NCBI GenBank assembly: GCA_040388985.1
Contig: JAZKAU010000001.1
Coordinates: 59,359-123,358, forward strand
Source: Patescibacteria group bacterium
GTDB taxonomy: Bacteria; Patescibacteriota; Minisyncoccia; Phycocordibacterales; Phycocordibacteraceae
DNA: 64,000 nucleotides
Direction: 5' to 3'
A program made the position numbers and the translations under genes. Position 1 is the first letter of the stretch; each line of letters starts with the position of its first letter. This document shows positions 52,908 to 62,045 of this stretch, piece by piece. The notes beneath the pieces were generated by a model. That model was not told where the DNA came from. It did not search any database and was given only the letters and a program-made list of their open reading frames with translations.

Positions 52908-53164
52908 AGTTTCCTAAAGGGGTGGACTATATCATCATCGGGTCTCGATGCGAGGCGCTTCCGATCCGCCAACTGGCGGACAGTACTCCCTTACGGGATA
53001 GTCTCTACACCTTCCAAGTCTTATCGCTAGATAAATCTTGGCTTGGCTCGGGATTGCCCTTGCTTTCGCAATAGGGTTTCCCCGAATTCACCTCGTTTGC
53101 AACCAGGATTCCTCCTGGAGGCTGCCATTGACAGCGACCTGCTCTACCACTGAGCTACCGCGGA
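52854..53164 (-). tRNA. tRNA-Asn(GUU) interrupted by an intron
   Basis: Exon 1 (53164-53131) TCCGCGGTAGCTCAGTGGTAGAGCAGGTCGCTGT; exon 2 (52894-52854) TAACGACTTGGTCGCAGGTTCGAATCCTGCCCGCGGAGCCA; joined anticodon loop CT-GTT-AA. Confidence 0.92.
52895..53130 (-). ncRNA. Group I intron (~236 nt) in the tRNA-Asn anticodon
   Basis: 5' exon ends in U and intron ends in G; core motifs GAATTCGGGGAAA (P), AATCCCGAGC (Q), GTAGAGACTA (R), GATATAGTCC (S). Confidence 0.88.
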
Positions 53165-53302
53165 ATATTCTGTATGTCTTTGAACGACTCCCGGGGAAAC
53201 CGGGAGTTCGCTTATTCTAGGCCGAAACCTGCATTTGGGCAACCATTGGGGATAGCTCTGGTGCGGTACTATAGGGATATTAGCCGGTAACCTCTTCTGC
53301 CC

Positions 53303-53587
53303 ATGCTTACGTTATATGTAATGACCGGCTGCCCGTACTGCGCGAAGGTACTGAAGGCAGCTGAAGAGCTCGGGGTTACCCTTGAGACGAAAAATATCGA
53401 TGACGACGGGGTGAGCGATGAGCTGCTGGAGCGCGGCGGCAAAGCGCAAACGCCGTTCCTGTGGAGCGCTGACGAGGACGTGAACATGTACGAGTCGGGC
53501 GCTATCGTCGACTATCTTCACGAACGCTTCGGGGACGGAAAGGTAGACTCGAACGGAGTTAGCAACCCTATGACATGCCCAATATGA
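53303..53587 (+). CDS. Glutaredoxin/GST-N-like protein
   Basis: CPYC, GGKAQTPFL, MYES.AIV.YL. Confidence 0.9.
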   Translation: MLTLYVMTGCPYCAKVLKAAEELGVTLETKNIDDDGVSDELLERGGKAQTPFLWSADEDVNMYESGAIVDYLHERFGDGKVDSNGVSNPMTCPI

Positions 53588-53946
53588 ACATCCATTTCAA
53601 GAATTCCGGAGAAGCACTACCGTCCGCGCTCGTCGACCGCATCCAGAAGAAGCTTACTAAGCTGGGCAAGTTCATTACGGAGCGCAACTACGAAGCCCAG
53701 ATATTCGTAGACGTGCGCCGCGAGAGCGGCGCCAACACCTCAGACAAGATGTGGCGAGCCGCCCTTAACCTCGACCTGGCAGGAGATCGCTTCAACGCAT
53801 CTGAAGCTGCTGATACGCCCGAGAAGGCGAGCGAGCTTGCGATACGGGAGCTGACAAGCGAGCTGCGTAAGGCGCATGCGAAAAGCCGGAGCGAATCTAA
53901 ACGCGGAGGAAGCGTGCTTAAGCGCTTGATGCGCGGTTTCCGCTAA
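53584..53946 (+). CDS. Ribosome hibernation factor HPF/RaiA family
   Basis: MNIHFK..KKL.KL.KF..S30AE-like pattern. Confidence 0.75.
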   Translation: MNIHFKNSGEALPSALVDRIQKKLTKLGKFITERNYEAQIFVDVRRESGANTSDKMWRAALNLDLAGDRFNASEAADTPEKASELAIRELTSELRKAHAKSRSESKRGGSVLKRLMRGFR

Positions 53947-54068
53947 AACTCCCTAAAAGTTCATCTGCTTTGTTTCGGGTCCCGCTTCGCTCCTTCGCCG
54001 TACGGCCGTGTACGTCTACGTCGCTCAGCTTCCTCGGCGCCCTGGCATCTGAAGCTTTTAAAGAGTCT
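53945..54068 (-). repeat. Structured intergenic repeat, family A (copy 6)
   Basis: Reverse strand: AGATGCCAGGGCG..GACGTAC-acggcc-GTACGGCGA..AAACAAAGCAGATG..TTTTAGGGAGT (tail shared with copy 1). Confidence 0.72.
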
Positions 54069-54933
54069 TAGATACTACAGAAGTAGTCTCCCACCCGTTC
54101 TGTGCAAGGTATGAAAAGTCCTGTTCTTTCTTGCCTTCCGGTACGATGCGCAGGACATTGAATGCGCCATCCTTATAATCGGCCTCAGCTATCTTCACCC
54201 GTATCTGGGTATCGCCCTTATGCGCGAAGAAAAACGTTCCAGGAGATTCTTTGAAGGCGCGGTAGGTGTTCCAGTTCGAAGTTGCGTCGCCTGATAGGTC
54301 GAGAAGTCCTTCTTCCTTCTTTATCTTCCGCGCTCTTGTCGCGAGCGCGGGGTCCTGAGGTACAGGCGCGATAGATCCGTCGATGAATCCCGGCAGAGTC
54401 TTTATGAGAAGCTCGGCGCCGAGCCGAATGAGGCGGGGCCGGAGCGTAGTAGTCGTATCTTCCGGAAGGATGGGTTCTTCGGCTTGTGCGAGGACATCTC
54501 CTGCATCAAGCTCGAAGGCCATCTGCTGGACGGTTACGCCCGTCACGCTCTCGCCGCTACGCAGCGCGCTCTCGACGGGAGAAGCACCTCGATACTTAGG
54601 GAGAAGAGAGTAATGGATATTGAGTATGCCTTTCGGGAAGGCGTCGATAAGAGCCTGGGGGATTATCTTCCCGTAAGCCACGACGATAGCGTAGTCGGGG
54701 TCATAGGCCGCGAGCTCTACCAGGAATGCGTCGTCGAGCGTGCCCGGTGTGAGCACGGGAATGCCATGCTCGCGCGCCCAGGTCTCGGTCACGGTTGGTG
54801 TGAGGGTAAGGCCGCGGCCCTGGGGCGCGGCAGGGCTCGTGACGACGACCGCAGGCGTGAATCCTGCCTCATGCAAAAGCTCGAGCGTGTCGCGCGCGAC
54901 ATAAGGAGTACCGAAATAAGCAAAAGTAGCCAT
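54058..54933 (-). CDS. fmt: Methionyl-tRNA formyltransferase
   Basis: YFGTP, VAYGKI, NIHYSLLPKYRGASP, LDAGD. Confidence 0.96.
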   Translation of the reverse strand: MATFAYFGTPYVARDTLELLHEAGFTPAVVVTSPAAPQGRGLTLTPTVTETWAREHGIPVLTPGTLDDAFLVELAAYDPDYAIVVAYGKIIPQALIDAFPKGILNIHYSLLPKYRGASPVESALRSGESVTGVTVQQMAFELDAGDVLAQAEEPILPEDTTTTLRPRLIRLGAELLIKTLPGFIDGSIAPVPQDPALATRARKIKKEEGLLDLSGDATSNWNTYRAFKESPGTFFFAHKGDTQIRVKIAEADYKDGAFNVLRIVPEGKKEQDFSYLAQNGWETTSVVSKTL

Positions 54934-54950
54934 GGGATTAAGAGAGCAAG

Positions 54951-55502
54951 CTAGTCGACAGTATCTGCTGAATGATGTTCGATCGTATGACGCTCCTCTC
55001 CTCGCTTGAGCTCATAAAGGTCGATGGCGTGATCGGTGAAGAGGACACCGTCCAGATGATCTATCTCGTGCTGGAAGACCTGCGCGAGTACGCCGCCTCC
55101 GCCGCGTTCGAAGGCGCGGCCATCGATGTCACGGGCACGCACGGTGGCGCGCACATAGCGATAGGTCTTTCCGTAGATACCGCGTACCGAAAGGCATCCT
55201 TCGTCCATCTCTTCGCGCCTGCGGGAAGCCCGGACGAAGACCGGATTGATGTAGACACCGATGTCGGGAGGAAGCGGTCCTTCGGGCGGCGGAGGATACA
55301 GGCGGTCGTAGCGCACGACAAAGATGCGTAGCGATACGCCTATCTGCGGAGCTGCGATAGCCACGCCGTCCTGCTCGGCGTGAAGGGCATCCACCATGTC
55401 GGAGACGATACTTGTAAGCTCCTTGCTCCCGAACATCTCCTCCGACACGTCAGGAGATGCGTTACGCAGGACCGGGTCGCCATCCTGGACGATAGTCTTC
55501 AT
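54951..55502 (-). CDS. def: Peptide deformylase
   Basis: GVAIAAPQIG, EGCLS, QHEIDHLDG. Confidence 0.97.
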   Translation of the reverse strand: MKTIVQDGDPVLRNASPDVSEEMFGSKELTSIVSDMVDALHAEQDGVAIAAPQIGVSLRIFVVRYDRLYPPPPEGPLPPDIGVYINPVFVRASRRREEMDEGCLSVRGIYGKTYRYVRATVRARDIDGRAFERGGGGVLAQVFQHEIDHLDGVLFTDHAIDLYELKRGEERHTIEHHSADTVD

Positions 55503-55582
55503 ATCGGCACGATATCATAAAAAAAGTTAGCGACCCATAAGTAGGGTCGCTGGGCTTCCGAAGAAGCAGGTGACTGGTATTC

Positions 55583-55740
55583 AGTGTGGGAGGGCTCGAG
55601 CATTCGATCCTAGCTGGTAAGAGCGGGGAGGCCGAGGCAATAACTCTTTTCCAACTCCATGAATGAGGTCGCGCACAGGGGCGTTCAATTCCTAGCACGG
55701 GGTCTATCCACGTCGAGGGGCTTCCAGCCCTCCCTACACT
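55583..55740. ncRNA. Candidate structured ncRNA (6S RNA-like long hairpin)
   Basis: Closing stem AGTGTGGGAGGGCT/AGCCCTCCCTACACT; inner stem GATCCTAGCTGG/CCTAGCACGGGGTC with bubbles; strand uncertain. Confidence 0.45.
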
Positions 55741-55814
55741 TACTGCCGCGCCGCCAAATGTCTTCGGGTCGCGACCATGCGGAGCAAGGCTCTCGCTATG
55801 GCCTCAGTTTTATA

Positions 55815-57686
55815 TCACCATAATGACTCCGGGTCAATATGCACACGGATACTGGGCGGGAGACTCTGAAGCCTGCCAGAAAGCCGCTGATCAGGCCAGG
55901 TGCCCTCGGGAAGCGTAAGGACGAGAGTGCGCCGCAGCTGTCGCCCGGCAGTGGCGCGATCAGGCAGCGTCGCGTAGCTATAGGTATCAAAGGCCTGCGC
56001 GACCTGATCTTCCAGGTGTGGCAGTACCTCAACTGACGCCTCCATATGAAGCACGATTAGCGTACCGAAGGGCGGGTAGCCGAGCGCCTTTCGCAAGCCT
56101 GCTTCTTCATTAAAAAAGTCCGTGCCGGAAGAATCGCTCACGGCGCTCACTGCCGTGTCTGCGGCGCGGCGCGTCACGACGACAAGCTTCTTCGCAAGTC
56201 CCGCAGCGAAGAAGGCGAGTCGCACGAACCGTTCCCGGCTTCTCCAGAATGGAAGGGCAAGCAAGCTATCAGCAGAGGCGATGACAGCAAGCGAGAACGG
56301 CTCTTTCTCCCGAGAATCGAGTAGCAGCCAGGGCAAGAGGGATTCCGTGCCCACTATGATGGTGCCAGCGCGCGCAGTACCGCTGAGCGCCTTCAGAGCG
56401 GCTGCACGGGTCTTGAGCGTTTCGGTCGCAAGCGAGACGATGAGAGCATTCGGAAAGGATTCGTGAAGTTCCTCTGCGGCGCGCTCCATGCCCACTCCTA
56501 GAGGAAGCAGATTCCAGCTGCCGCAGCGCGCGCATACGGTCTTCTCGTCTTTAGCGTCAATGACGGTCTTGCCGTCGCTTGAGCGAAGAAGCCGCGCGCC
56601 GCGGGAAGTCGCAAACGACAGCGGCATGCCGCGGTCGTCTACTACTGCCTGCCCGCAGTCGCGGCATACGACTGCGGGAGCGTATCCGGTACGACTGGTA
56701 AGAACGAGAACACGTCCGCCGCCTTCGACTTCTTTACGGATAGCATGCTCGACTTCCAGAGGTATGGCTCGCCACGGTGCATCGTCGACTGCTTGTCTCT
56801 TTTCCTCTCCGTCATCTGGGCGGCGCGCATCGCATAGCGCAACGGCTGTCTTGAGGGGTGACGTAAGGGGGCCTCCAGGTTCCGGGCGATATTCAAGCGG
56901 CAGTGGATAGTCGCCAAGCGTAAGCCGGATGCCGCGCGCACGGGCGAGCGCTATCAGTGCGCGTACGACGTCGATGTACGGGCGTTTCTGGAGCGTATAA
57001 GTGCCTCCGCTGACTCGGTCGACGATAATGGCGCCGAGCAGAGCGATAGGCGTCCAGGAGAATGACGGGGTGGCGAGTATGAGGCCGGTATGGGTAAGGG
57101 CTGTCTCAAGGGCGCGCCTGCGGCGCGCCTGCGCGAGCGCGCCTGAAAGTACGAGCGGCTTATACGTCGCGAATGTTTCCTTCCAGAACTCAAGCTCTGC
57201 GAGCGTAGGCGCAACCAGCATCGCTGCGTGGCCTGACGCGACGACAGCGTCGATCTGCGCGCGGTATCGCTCTATACGATCTTCAATCGGTTGCTCGAGC
57301 ACTGTCTGCGCGAATCCCGCGCCTGGAGTCTGCGCGTGGTCAAAGACAAGCAGTATCTCGCTTTTCACATACTCACCAAATAGAGTCGCGAGCACGGAGC
57401 CGAGCGACGCTGCCTGATATGCCGATACTTCACGGGCCGCCTGCATGATGCTCTCCGGAACGCTCCCTGCGGGAGCGGGCGTGCTGCCTGACAGCATGAA
57501 ACTCGCGCCTTTGAGCATCGCCTTGGCTTCGGCTACCCCCACGCATGAGACCACGATGCCGCGAGTGGCCTTCTTGCGCAGCGTGATATCGACGATCGTG
57601 CCAGATGGAAGCTCCTTGCGGCTGCGATATGAAAGCACGCCTGCTGGCGCACTCCTGGACAGGGGAATCACATCGATGACGAACAT
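55815..57686 (-). CDS. priA: Primosomal protein N' (degenerate PriA)
   Basis: 3'-DNA-binding N-terminus, RTGYA..CRDCG, CARCGS, GMER, YPPF, IDP; no Walker A motif visible. Confidence 0.82.
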   Translation of the reverse strand: MFVIDVIPLSRSAPAGVLSYRSRKELPSGTIVDITLRKKATRGIVVSCVGVAEAKAMLKGASFMLSGSTPAPAGSVPESIMQAAREVSAYQAASLGSVLATLFGEYVKSEILLVFDHAQTPGAGFAQTVLEQPIEDRIERYRAQIDAVVASGHAAMLVAPTLAELEFWKETFATYKPLVLSGALAQARRRRALETALTHTGLILATPSFSWTPIALLGAIIVDRVSGGTYTLQKRPYIDVVRALIALARARGIRLTLGDYPLPLEYRPEPGGPLTSPLKTAVALCDARRPDDGEEKRQAVDDAPWRAIPLEVEHAIRKEVEGGGRVLVLTSRTGYAPAVVCRDCGQAVVDDRGMPLSFATSRGARLLRSSDGKTVIDAKDEKTVCARCGSWNLLPLGVGMERAAEELHESFPNALIVSLATETLKTRAAALKALSGTARAGTIIVGTESLLPWLLLDSREKEPFSLAVIASADSLLALPFWRSRERFVRLAFFAAGLAKKLVVVTRRAADTAVSAVSDSSGTDFFNEEAGLRKALGYPPFGTLIVLHMEASVEVLPHLEDQVAQAFDTYSYATLPDRATAGRQLRRTLVLTLPEGTWPDQRLSGRLQSLPPSIRVHIDPESLW

Positions 57687-57758
57687 GACCCTATTCTATA
57701 TCCAAATCTTCCTAAAGTTTCGATCCCTAGTCTCCCAGCAAGTTGCTATGATGAATAG

Positions 57759-58148
57759 ATGGAAGATTTTCTCCTAAAAGGAAAACAAGGTGAACGTATG
57801 GCTATTAAAGTCAATTCTCGTTTTCCAAAGCAGGGAGTTCTAGTTTTGCTTGATCGGGAAGAGAAGAGCGGCCCTTTCGTAATTGTTTCTGGTAAAAAAT
57901 ATCCCATTGTCTCCCTTCGCCAACCACCTGAGCTTTGTGGGATTGATGAGTCCACATTCGACCCTTCAAAGAAAGATGAGTGGATACAGCCCTACCGTGA
58001 ACAGTTTTGTGATTCGCTTAATCTAGCTGTTCTTAAAAGCGGAATCGACACGTTATTTATTGCCGCCGGAGGAGTGCCGTGGGTGCGAAGCTCCTATTCC
58101 TCGTGTATGCCACAGGTATCCATAGTCGAGATAAGTGAGGATAGGTAG
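57759..58148 (+). CDS. Hypothetical protein (AT-richer insertion)
   Basis: 129-aa ORF with TATGAT upstream. Confidence 0.5.
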   Translation: MEDFLLKGKQGERMAIKVNSRFPKQGVLVLLDREEKSGPFVIVSGKKYPIVSLRQPPELCGIDESTFDPSKKDEWIQPYREQFCDSLNLAVLKSGIDTLFIAAGGVPWVRSSYSSCMPQVSIVEISEDR

Positions 58149-58228
58149 GTTCCAACATCGTCCCAGACTGCCAGCAAAGTAGCGCAATCAGCGTTTTGGG
58201 TGTAAACGCGAGTATCAGGACTTTAGTA

Positions 58229-58807
58229 TTAGCCAAACGAGATCTGGTTTTCAAATGGCCTTGTTCCGTCAATGACAATATCAGCGCGCGCTTTAGGGTT
58301 ATCGCGCTGCATATATACTTCCTCTTCCTCAAACCACTCCTGCCACATCGCAGCAATCTCTTCCTGTGTCTTGCCTGTTCCACTATCCCTTTCTATGCCG
58401 CGCTGTAAGCATATCTCCTTTGGGGTATCAACGAATATAGTCAAGCTAATATAGTCCTTAAACTCCTTGCGTGATGAACTAACACCCTCAAGTACCATTA
58501 TCCGAGAAATAGGCTGGTCTGCCACGGGTTCGGGATAATGATTCTCCCACCATTTTGAGCGAGGATAGTTAAGCGTCTTCGCGCCGTTTTCGATTGGCGT
58601 GAACACACGCTCTATAACCAATGACCACCAGTTCAAAGGATTGTCCCAACTTGCGAAATCGTCCGTTTGGATTAGCTCGGCATCGAGCTTCTGGGCAAGC
58701 CATTTCGCTAGAGTAGATTTACCAGAACCGCCGTGTCCATCTACAGCGATAAAGAGCGTTTGTCCTACTTTGGGCTTTTTGGTAGCTATCAGTTCTCGCA
58801 GATTCAT
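58229..58807 (-). CDS. Uridine kinase-like P-loop kinase
   Basis: AVDGHGGSGKST, DDF, LEGV, RGIERD. Confidence 0.85.
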   Translation of the reverse strand: MNLRELIATKKPKVGQTLFIAVDGHGGSGKSTLAKWLAQKLDAELIQTDDFASWDNPLNWWSLVIERVFTPIENGAKTLNYPRSKWWENHYPEPVADQPISRIMVLEGVSSSRKEFKDYISLTIFVDTPKEICLQRGIERDSGTGKTQEEIAAMWQEWFEEEEVYMQRDNPKARADIVIDGTRPFENQISFG

Positions 58808-58895
58808 AAAAGTAGTTTACACCGTTACCGACAGTTCGTAGGAGAGGATTCTGTAGCTGAATTCCGATTTGCCAGCAGTACGATATAGTTAAAAG

Positions 58896-59282
58896 ATGTT
58901 TATAACCCAGAAGACTATCGTGCTCAATTCGGAGGGAAAGATACTGGCACTGCGGCGCTCAGATACTGACCCGAGCCGCCCGCTTACCTGGGACTTGCCC
59001 GGCGGATATCTTGAGGAAGGCGAGGTTCTGGAGGAAAGCGCGCGGCGCGAGATACGGGAAGAAGCGGGGATTCAGGTCGATGATCTCAGAATTTTCGATG
59101 CAGCAGCGGGTCAGAGTCAAAAGGGCGAATACTGGGTACAGATATGCTATGTGGCGCACGTCGACATGCCAGAGATAATCATTAGCTGGGAGCATGACCT
59201 GTATGAATGGCTGACCAAGGAAGAATTCCTTGCACGTGAGTCTTCAGAGAAGATCGTGCGCTTCTTACAGAAGTTGCCGTAA
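58896..59282 (+). CDS. NUDIX hydrolase
   Basis: PGGYLEEGE....ARREIREEAG, SWEH. Confidence 0.92.
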   Translation: MFITQKTIVLNSEGKILALRRSDTDPSRPLTWDLPGGYLEEGEVLEESARREIREEAGIQVDDLRIFDAAAGQSQKGEYWVQICYVAHVDMPEIIISWEHDLYEWLTKEEFLARESSEKIVRFLQKLP

Positions 59283-59373
59283 CTGTCGAGCATTGACAGG
59301 CATACTGTTCAGACCTACTCTCTTTGAGACAGTCCCGAGTAGTTCGGACTGGTTGTACAAAGAGGGGGCGAAA

Positions 59374-59508
59374 TTGGCCAAGAAGCAGCGCAAGAAGAAT
59401 TCCGAGAAGATCTCTGCGAGGGCGAGGACTCACGTCGCTCATCGCAGGAAAACCCGTGCAGAGCGTTCCGGCCCCCCGCCGGGGAAAGGCAAGTCCCGCG
59501 GGAAATAA
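59374..59508 (+). CDS. Small very basic protein (44 aa, TTG start)
   Basis: MAKKQRKKNSEKISARARTHVAHRRKTRAERSGPPPGKGKSRGK*; TTGACA-17-TACTCT promoter at 59293-59321; AGAGGGGG SD. Confidence 0.55.
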   Translation: MAKKQRKKNSEKISARARTHVAHRRKTRAERSGPPPGKGKSRGK

Positions 59509-59583
59509 CGGCACGCGCTACGTGCCTGCGAACTGGATATGCGCCCACGGATGATTCCGGCGGGCGTGTATTTTTTAATGGTC

Positions 59584-59856
59584 CTACCAGCAGATACCCG
59601 AAGTGCAGGGAAGATCGCCGTCCAGGAACCATCGTCCTTGATAGAGGACTATCTTGATGGTCTGTCCTGTTCGAGTCTTGCAGATACCGTAGGTATCGGT
59701 ACGCTCAATGATATCCGTGCAGCCGCGGAAGGCGTAATAGTTCTCAAAACTGCTGTGGGCTTTCTTAAGGCTCTGTACCTGCCAGAAGGCGAGTGCAGCG
59801 AGCACGATTGCAGCCAAGAGCGCGAGAGGAATGGCGATCTTCATCCAAGGTTTCAT
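59584..59856 (-). CDS. Small membrane-anchored Cys-containing protein
   Basis: N-terminal TM helix; four Cys. Confidence 0.7.
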   Translation of the reverse strand: MKPWMKIAIPLALLAAIVLAALAFWQVQSLKKAHSSFENYYAFRGCTDIIERTDTYGICKTRTGQTIKIVLYQGRWFLDGDLPCTSGICW

Positions 59857-59931
59857 ACTTTAGATAACATATAGAAAGGGCTGTAAGTTGCAGTCCTCAG
59901 CAAGTTACCCCTTACTTGGGAATGCGTAAGA

Positions 59932-61245
59932 CTAAGACTCGGAAACGGAAATATGCGCGCCAATGGCCTTGAGACGCTCCACGAGGTCCTCGTAGCCGCG
60001 ATTGATGCTGTAGACGTTGCGCAGTATGGAACGGCCTTCTGCGGCAAGCATACCGATGAGAAGAATGGTCGCAGGACGCAGCGCCGGTGGACAGACTATC
60101 TGCGCGCCGCGCAGATGGGAAGGGCCGATGATCTGGATGCGGTGCGGGTCCATGAGATGCGTCTCGGCTCCGAGACGGTCGAGTTCGGTGTAATAGATGG
60201 CACGCTTCTCGTAGACCCAGTCATGTATGAGGGTGGAGCCTTCAGCACGCGTGGCGATGACAGCGAAGAACGGGAGGTTGTCGATATTGAGACCCGGATA
60301 GGGACGAGCGTGTATCTTCTCGGGAAATGCGACGAGAGACGACTCTTCTATTTTGATGTCAGCAAGACGAGTAATACCGTTCTCTGAAAGGCCCTGCGGG
60401 TGGAGCGTGAACTTGAGACCCATCTTCTCGAGCACAGCGAGCTCGACTTCGAGGAAGTCGATAGGCGCGCGCTCGATGGTGAGCGCGGAGCCGGTGGTCG
60501 CGGCAGCCGCGATGAAGAACATCGCGTCAGTCGGATCTTCTGCGACTGTGTAGGTGACGTCAGCAGTGATGTCGGCGAGGCCGGTCACGGTAATCGTGGT
60601 GGTTCCGATACCTTCGACACCTACTCCTAGAAGACGGAGATAACCGCAGACTTCTTGCACCTGATAGTTTGCGGAGGCATATTTGATGACGCTCGTGCCG
60701 GGGATGCGCGACGCTGCCAGAAGCGCATTGATAGTCGCCGTGTCGCTCGACTCATAGAGGATGACGCTCGCAGGCGCGAGCTTCGTGTGGCTTATAGCGA
60801 AACTGTCAGTCTCAGCGGTAATAGTTACCCCGAAACTCTCAAGCGCCCAGAGATGCGGACGCACGCTGCGCAGTCCCAGAGTGCAGCCGCCTGACTGCGG
60901 AAGTGAGAATGATTTGAAATGATGGAGCAGGGGACCTATGAACATGAGGATGCTGCGGGTGCGTACGGCAGCAGCGCAATCGATAGCATCAAGGTCGATG
61001 TGCTCAGGAGGAGTGAGCGCGAGATCGCGGTCGTTCCAGACGGCAGCGACGCCGATAGACTCGAGCACCTCGATAAGACGCTTAACTTCTTCTATCTTAG
61101 GAACATTCTTGAGTGTTGTCGTTCCTTTGGTTAGAAGGCAAGCGGCTAGAAGCGCGACCGCGCCGTTCTTCGAGCGGTTGGTCTGCACGCTTCCTGAAAG
61201 CGGGTGGCCGCCTTCGACGATGAAATTCAGTTCTGTGCTGGGCAT
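59932..61245 (-). CDS. murA: UDP-N-acetylglucosamine 1-carboxyvinyltransferase
   Basis: SKN, GGC.LG.R....H, PYPG, YEKR, LR, RGYE. Confidence 0.92.
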   Translation of the reverse strand: MPSTELNFIVEGGHPLSGSVQTNRSKNGAVALLAACLLTKGTTTLKNVPKIEEVKRLIEVLESIGVAAVWNDRDLALTPPEHIDLDAIDCAAAVRTRSILMFIGPLLHHFKSFSLPQSGGCTLGLRSVRPHLWALESFGVTITAETDSFAISHTKLAPASVILYESSDTATINALLAASRIPGTSVIKYASANYQVQEVCGYLRLLGVGVEGIGTTTITVTGLADITADVTYTVAEDPTDAMFFIAAAATTGSALTIERAPIDFLEVELAVLEKMGLKFTLHPQGLSENGITRLADIKIEESSLVAFPEKIHARPYPGLNIDNLPFFAVIATRAEGSTLIHDWVYEKRAIYYTELDRLGAETHLMDPHRIQIIGPSHLRGAQIVCPPALRPATILLIGMLAAEGRSILRNVYSINRGYEDLVERLKAIGAHISVSES

Positions 61246-61391
61246 GTTCTTGCCAGTATATACCATTCGTAGAACCTGGGTCTGTATATAAAGGGTAAGA
61301 CCGCCACAGTATGAAATGGGCGATGAAGTGGTCGATCTTCCCATTTGAACCTGACGGTCGAAATTAACGTATGGTGACGAATTGTGCCTCG

Positions 61392-61874
61392 CTATTCGGG
61401 CGGAGTCAGGCGAATGTACATCGTCGCATTGCCGTCGCCCGAATCGAGCTCCTGGTGGAGGTCAATTTCGTCGATGTCGTCGAAGACCTTCTCGCCCTCG
61501 GCAAGCACGATGCCAGCTTCGTCGAGGATGGCACGAAGTGTCATGAAGCCGGCCATTTCGTACGTAACCGGCTCCGCACCTTCGCGCACGAAGGTAAACG
61601 TTGCAGGGCTCTTGAGCGCATAGTCGTCGAGATGAAGCTCGAACGGATCGGACGAACCGATCATCTTGCCGTCGGCGCTCAAAATCTGGATGACAAGCTT
61701 GGACCCATGATAGTCTTCGCCGAAAAGATCGCCGCCGAGCATGCCGTGAACTTCCAGCGCCTGGGTCACGGCAATCTCAAGATTGCTGTTCTCACCTTCG
61801 AGCAGCGCGGGCACGTCCACGGGAAATTTGAATGCGTCCTCCGCTTCCGGGGCAGATACGTCAGTCTCAACCAT
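61392..61874 (-). CDS. Orphan acidic protein (GC-rich)
   Basis: 160-aa Asp/Glu-rich ORF with GGAGAG SD. Confidence 0.65.
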   Translation of the reverse strand: MVETDVSAPEAEDAFKFPVDVPALLEGENSNLEIAVTQALEVHGMLGGDLFGEDYHGSKLVIQILSADGKMIGSSDPFELHLDDYALKSPATFTFVREGAEPVTYEMAGFMTLRAILDEAGIVLAEGEKVFDDIDEIDLHQELDSGDGNATMYIRLTPPE

Positions 61875-62045
61875 CGACTCTCTCCAAGATGCCTGACCAC
61901 CTACATGATGGGCAGGCTATTGGAGAGAGGCAGGCTGAAGCCCGTCCTTTCAAAAAATAACACGCTATTGCATTAAGGCAAGTTTTATTTGCAAACACTT
62001 TCTATTTTGGCGACCGAATAGGAAAGAAGGTATAATCGTTCAGTA

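Noticed and set aside
53038-53220. 60-aa ORF in the ORF track
   Set aside because: It lies antisense to the tRNA-Asn exon and intron.
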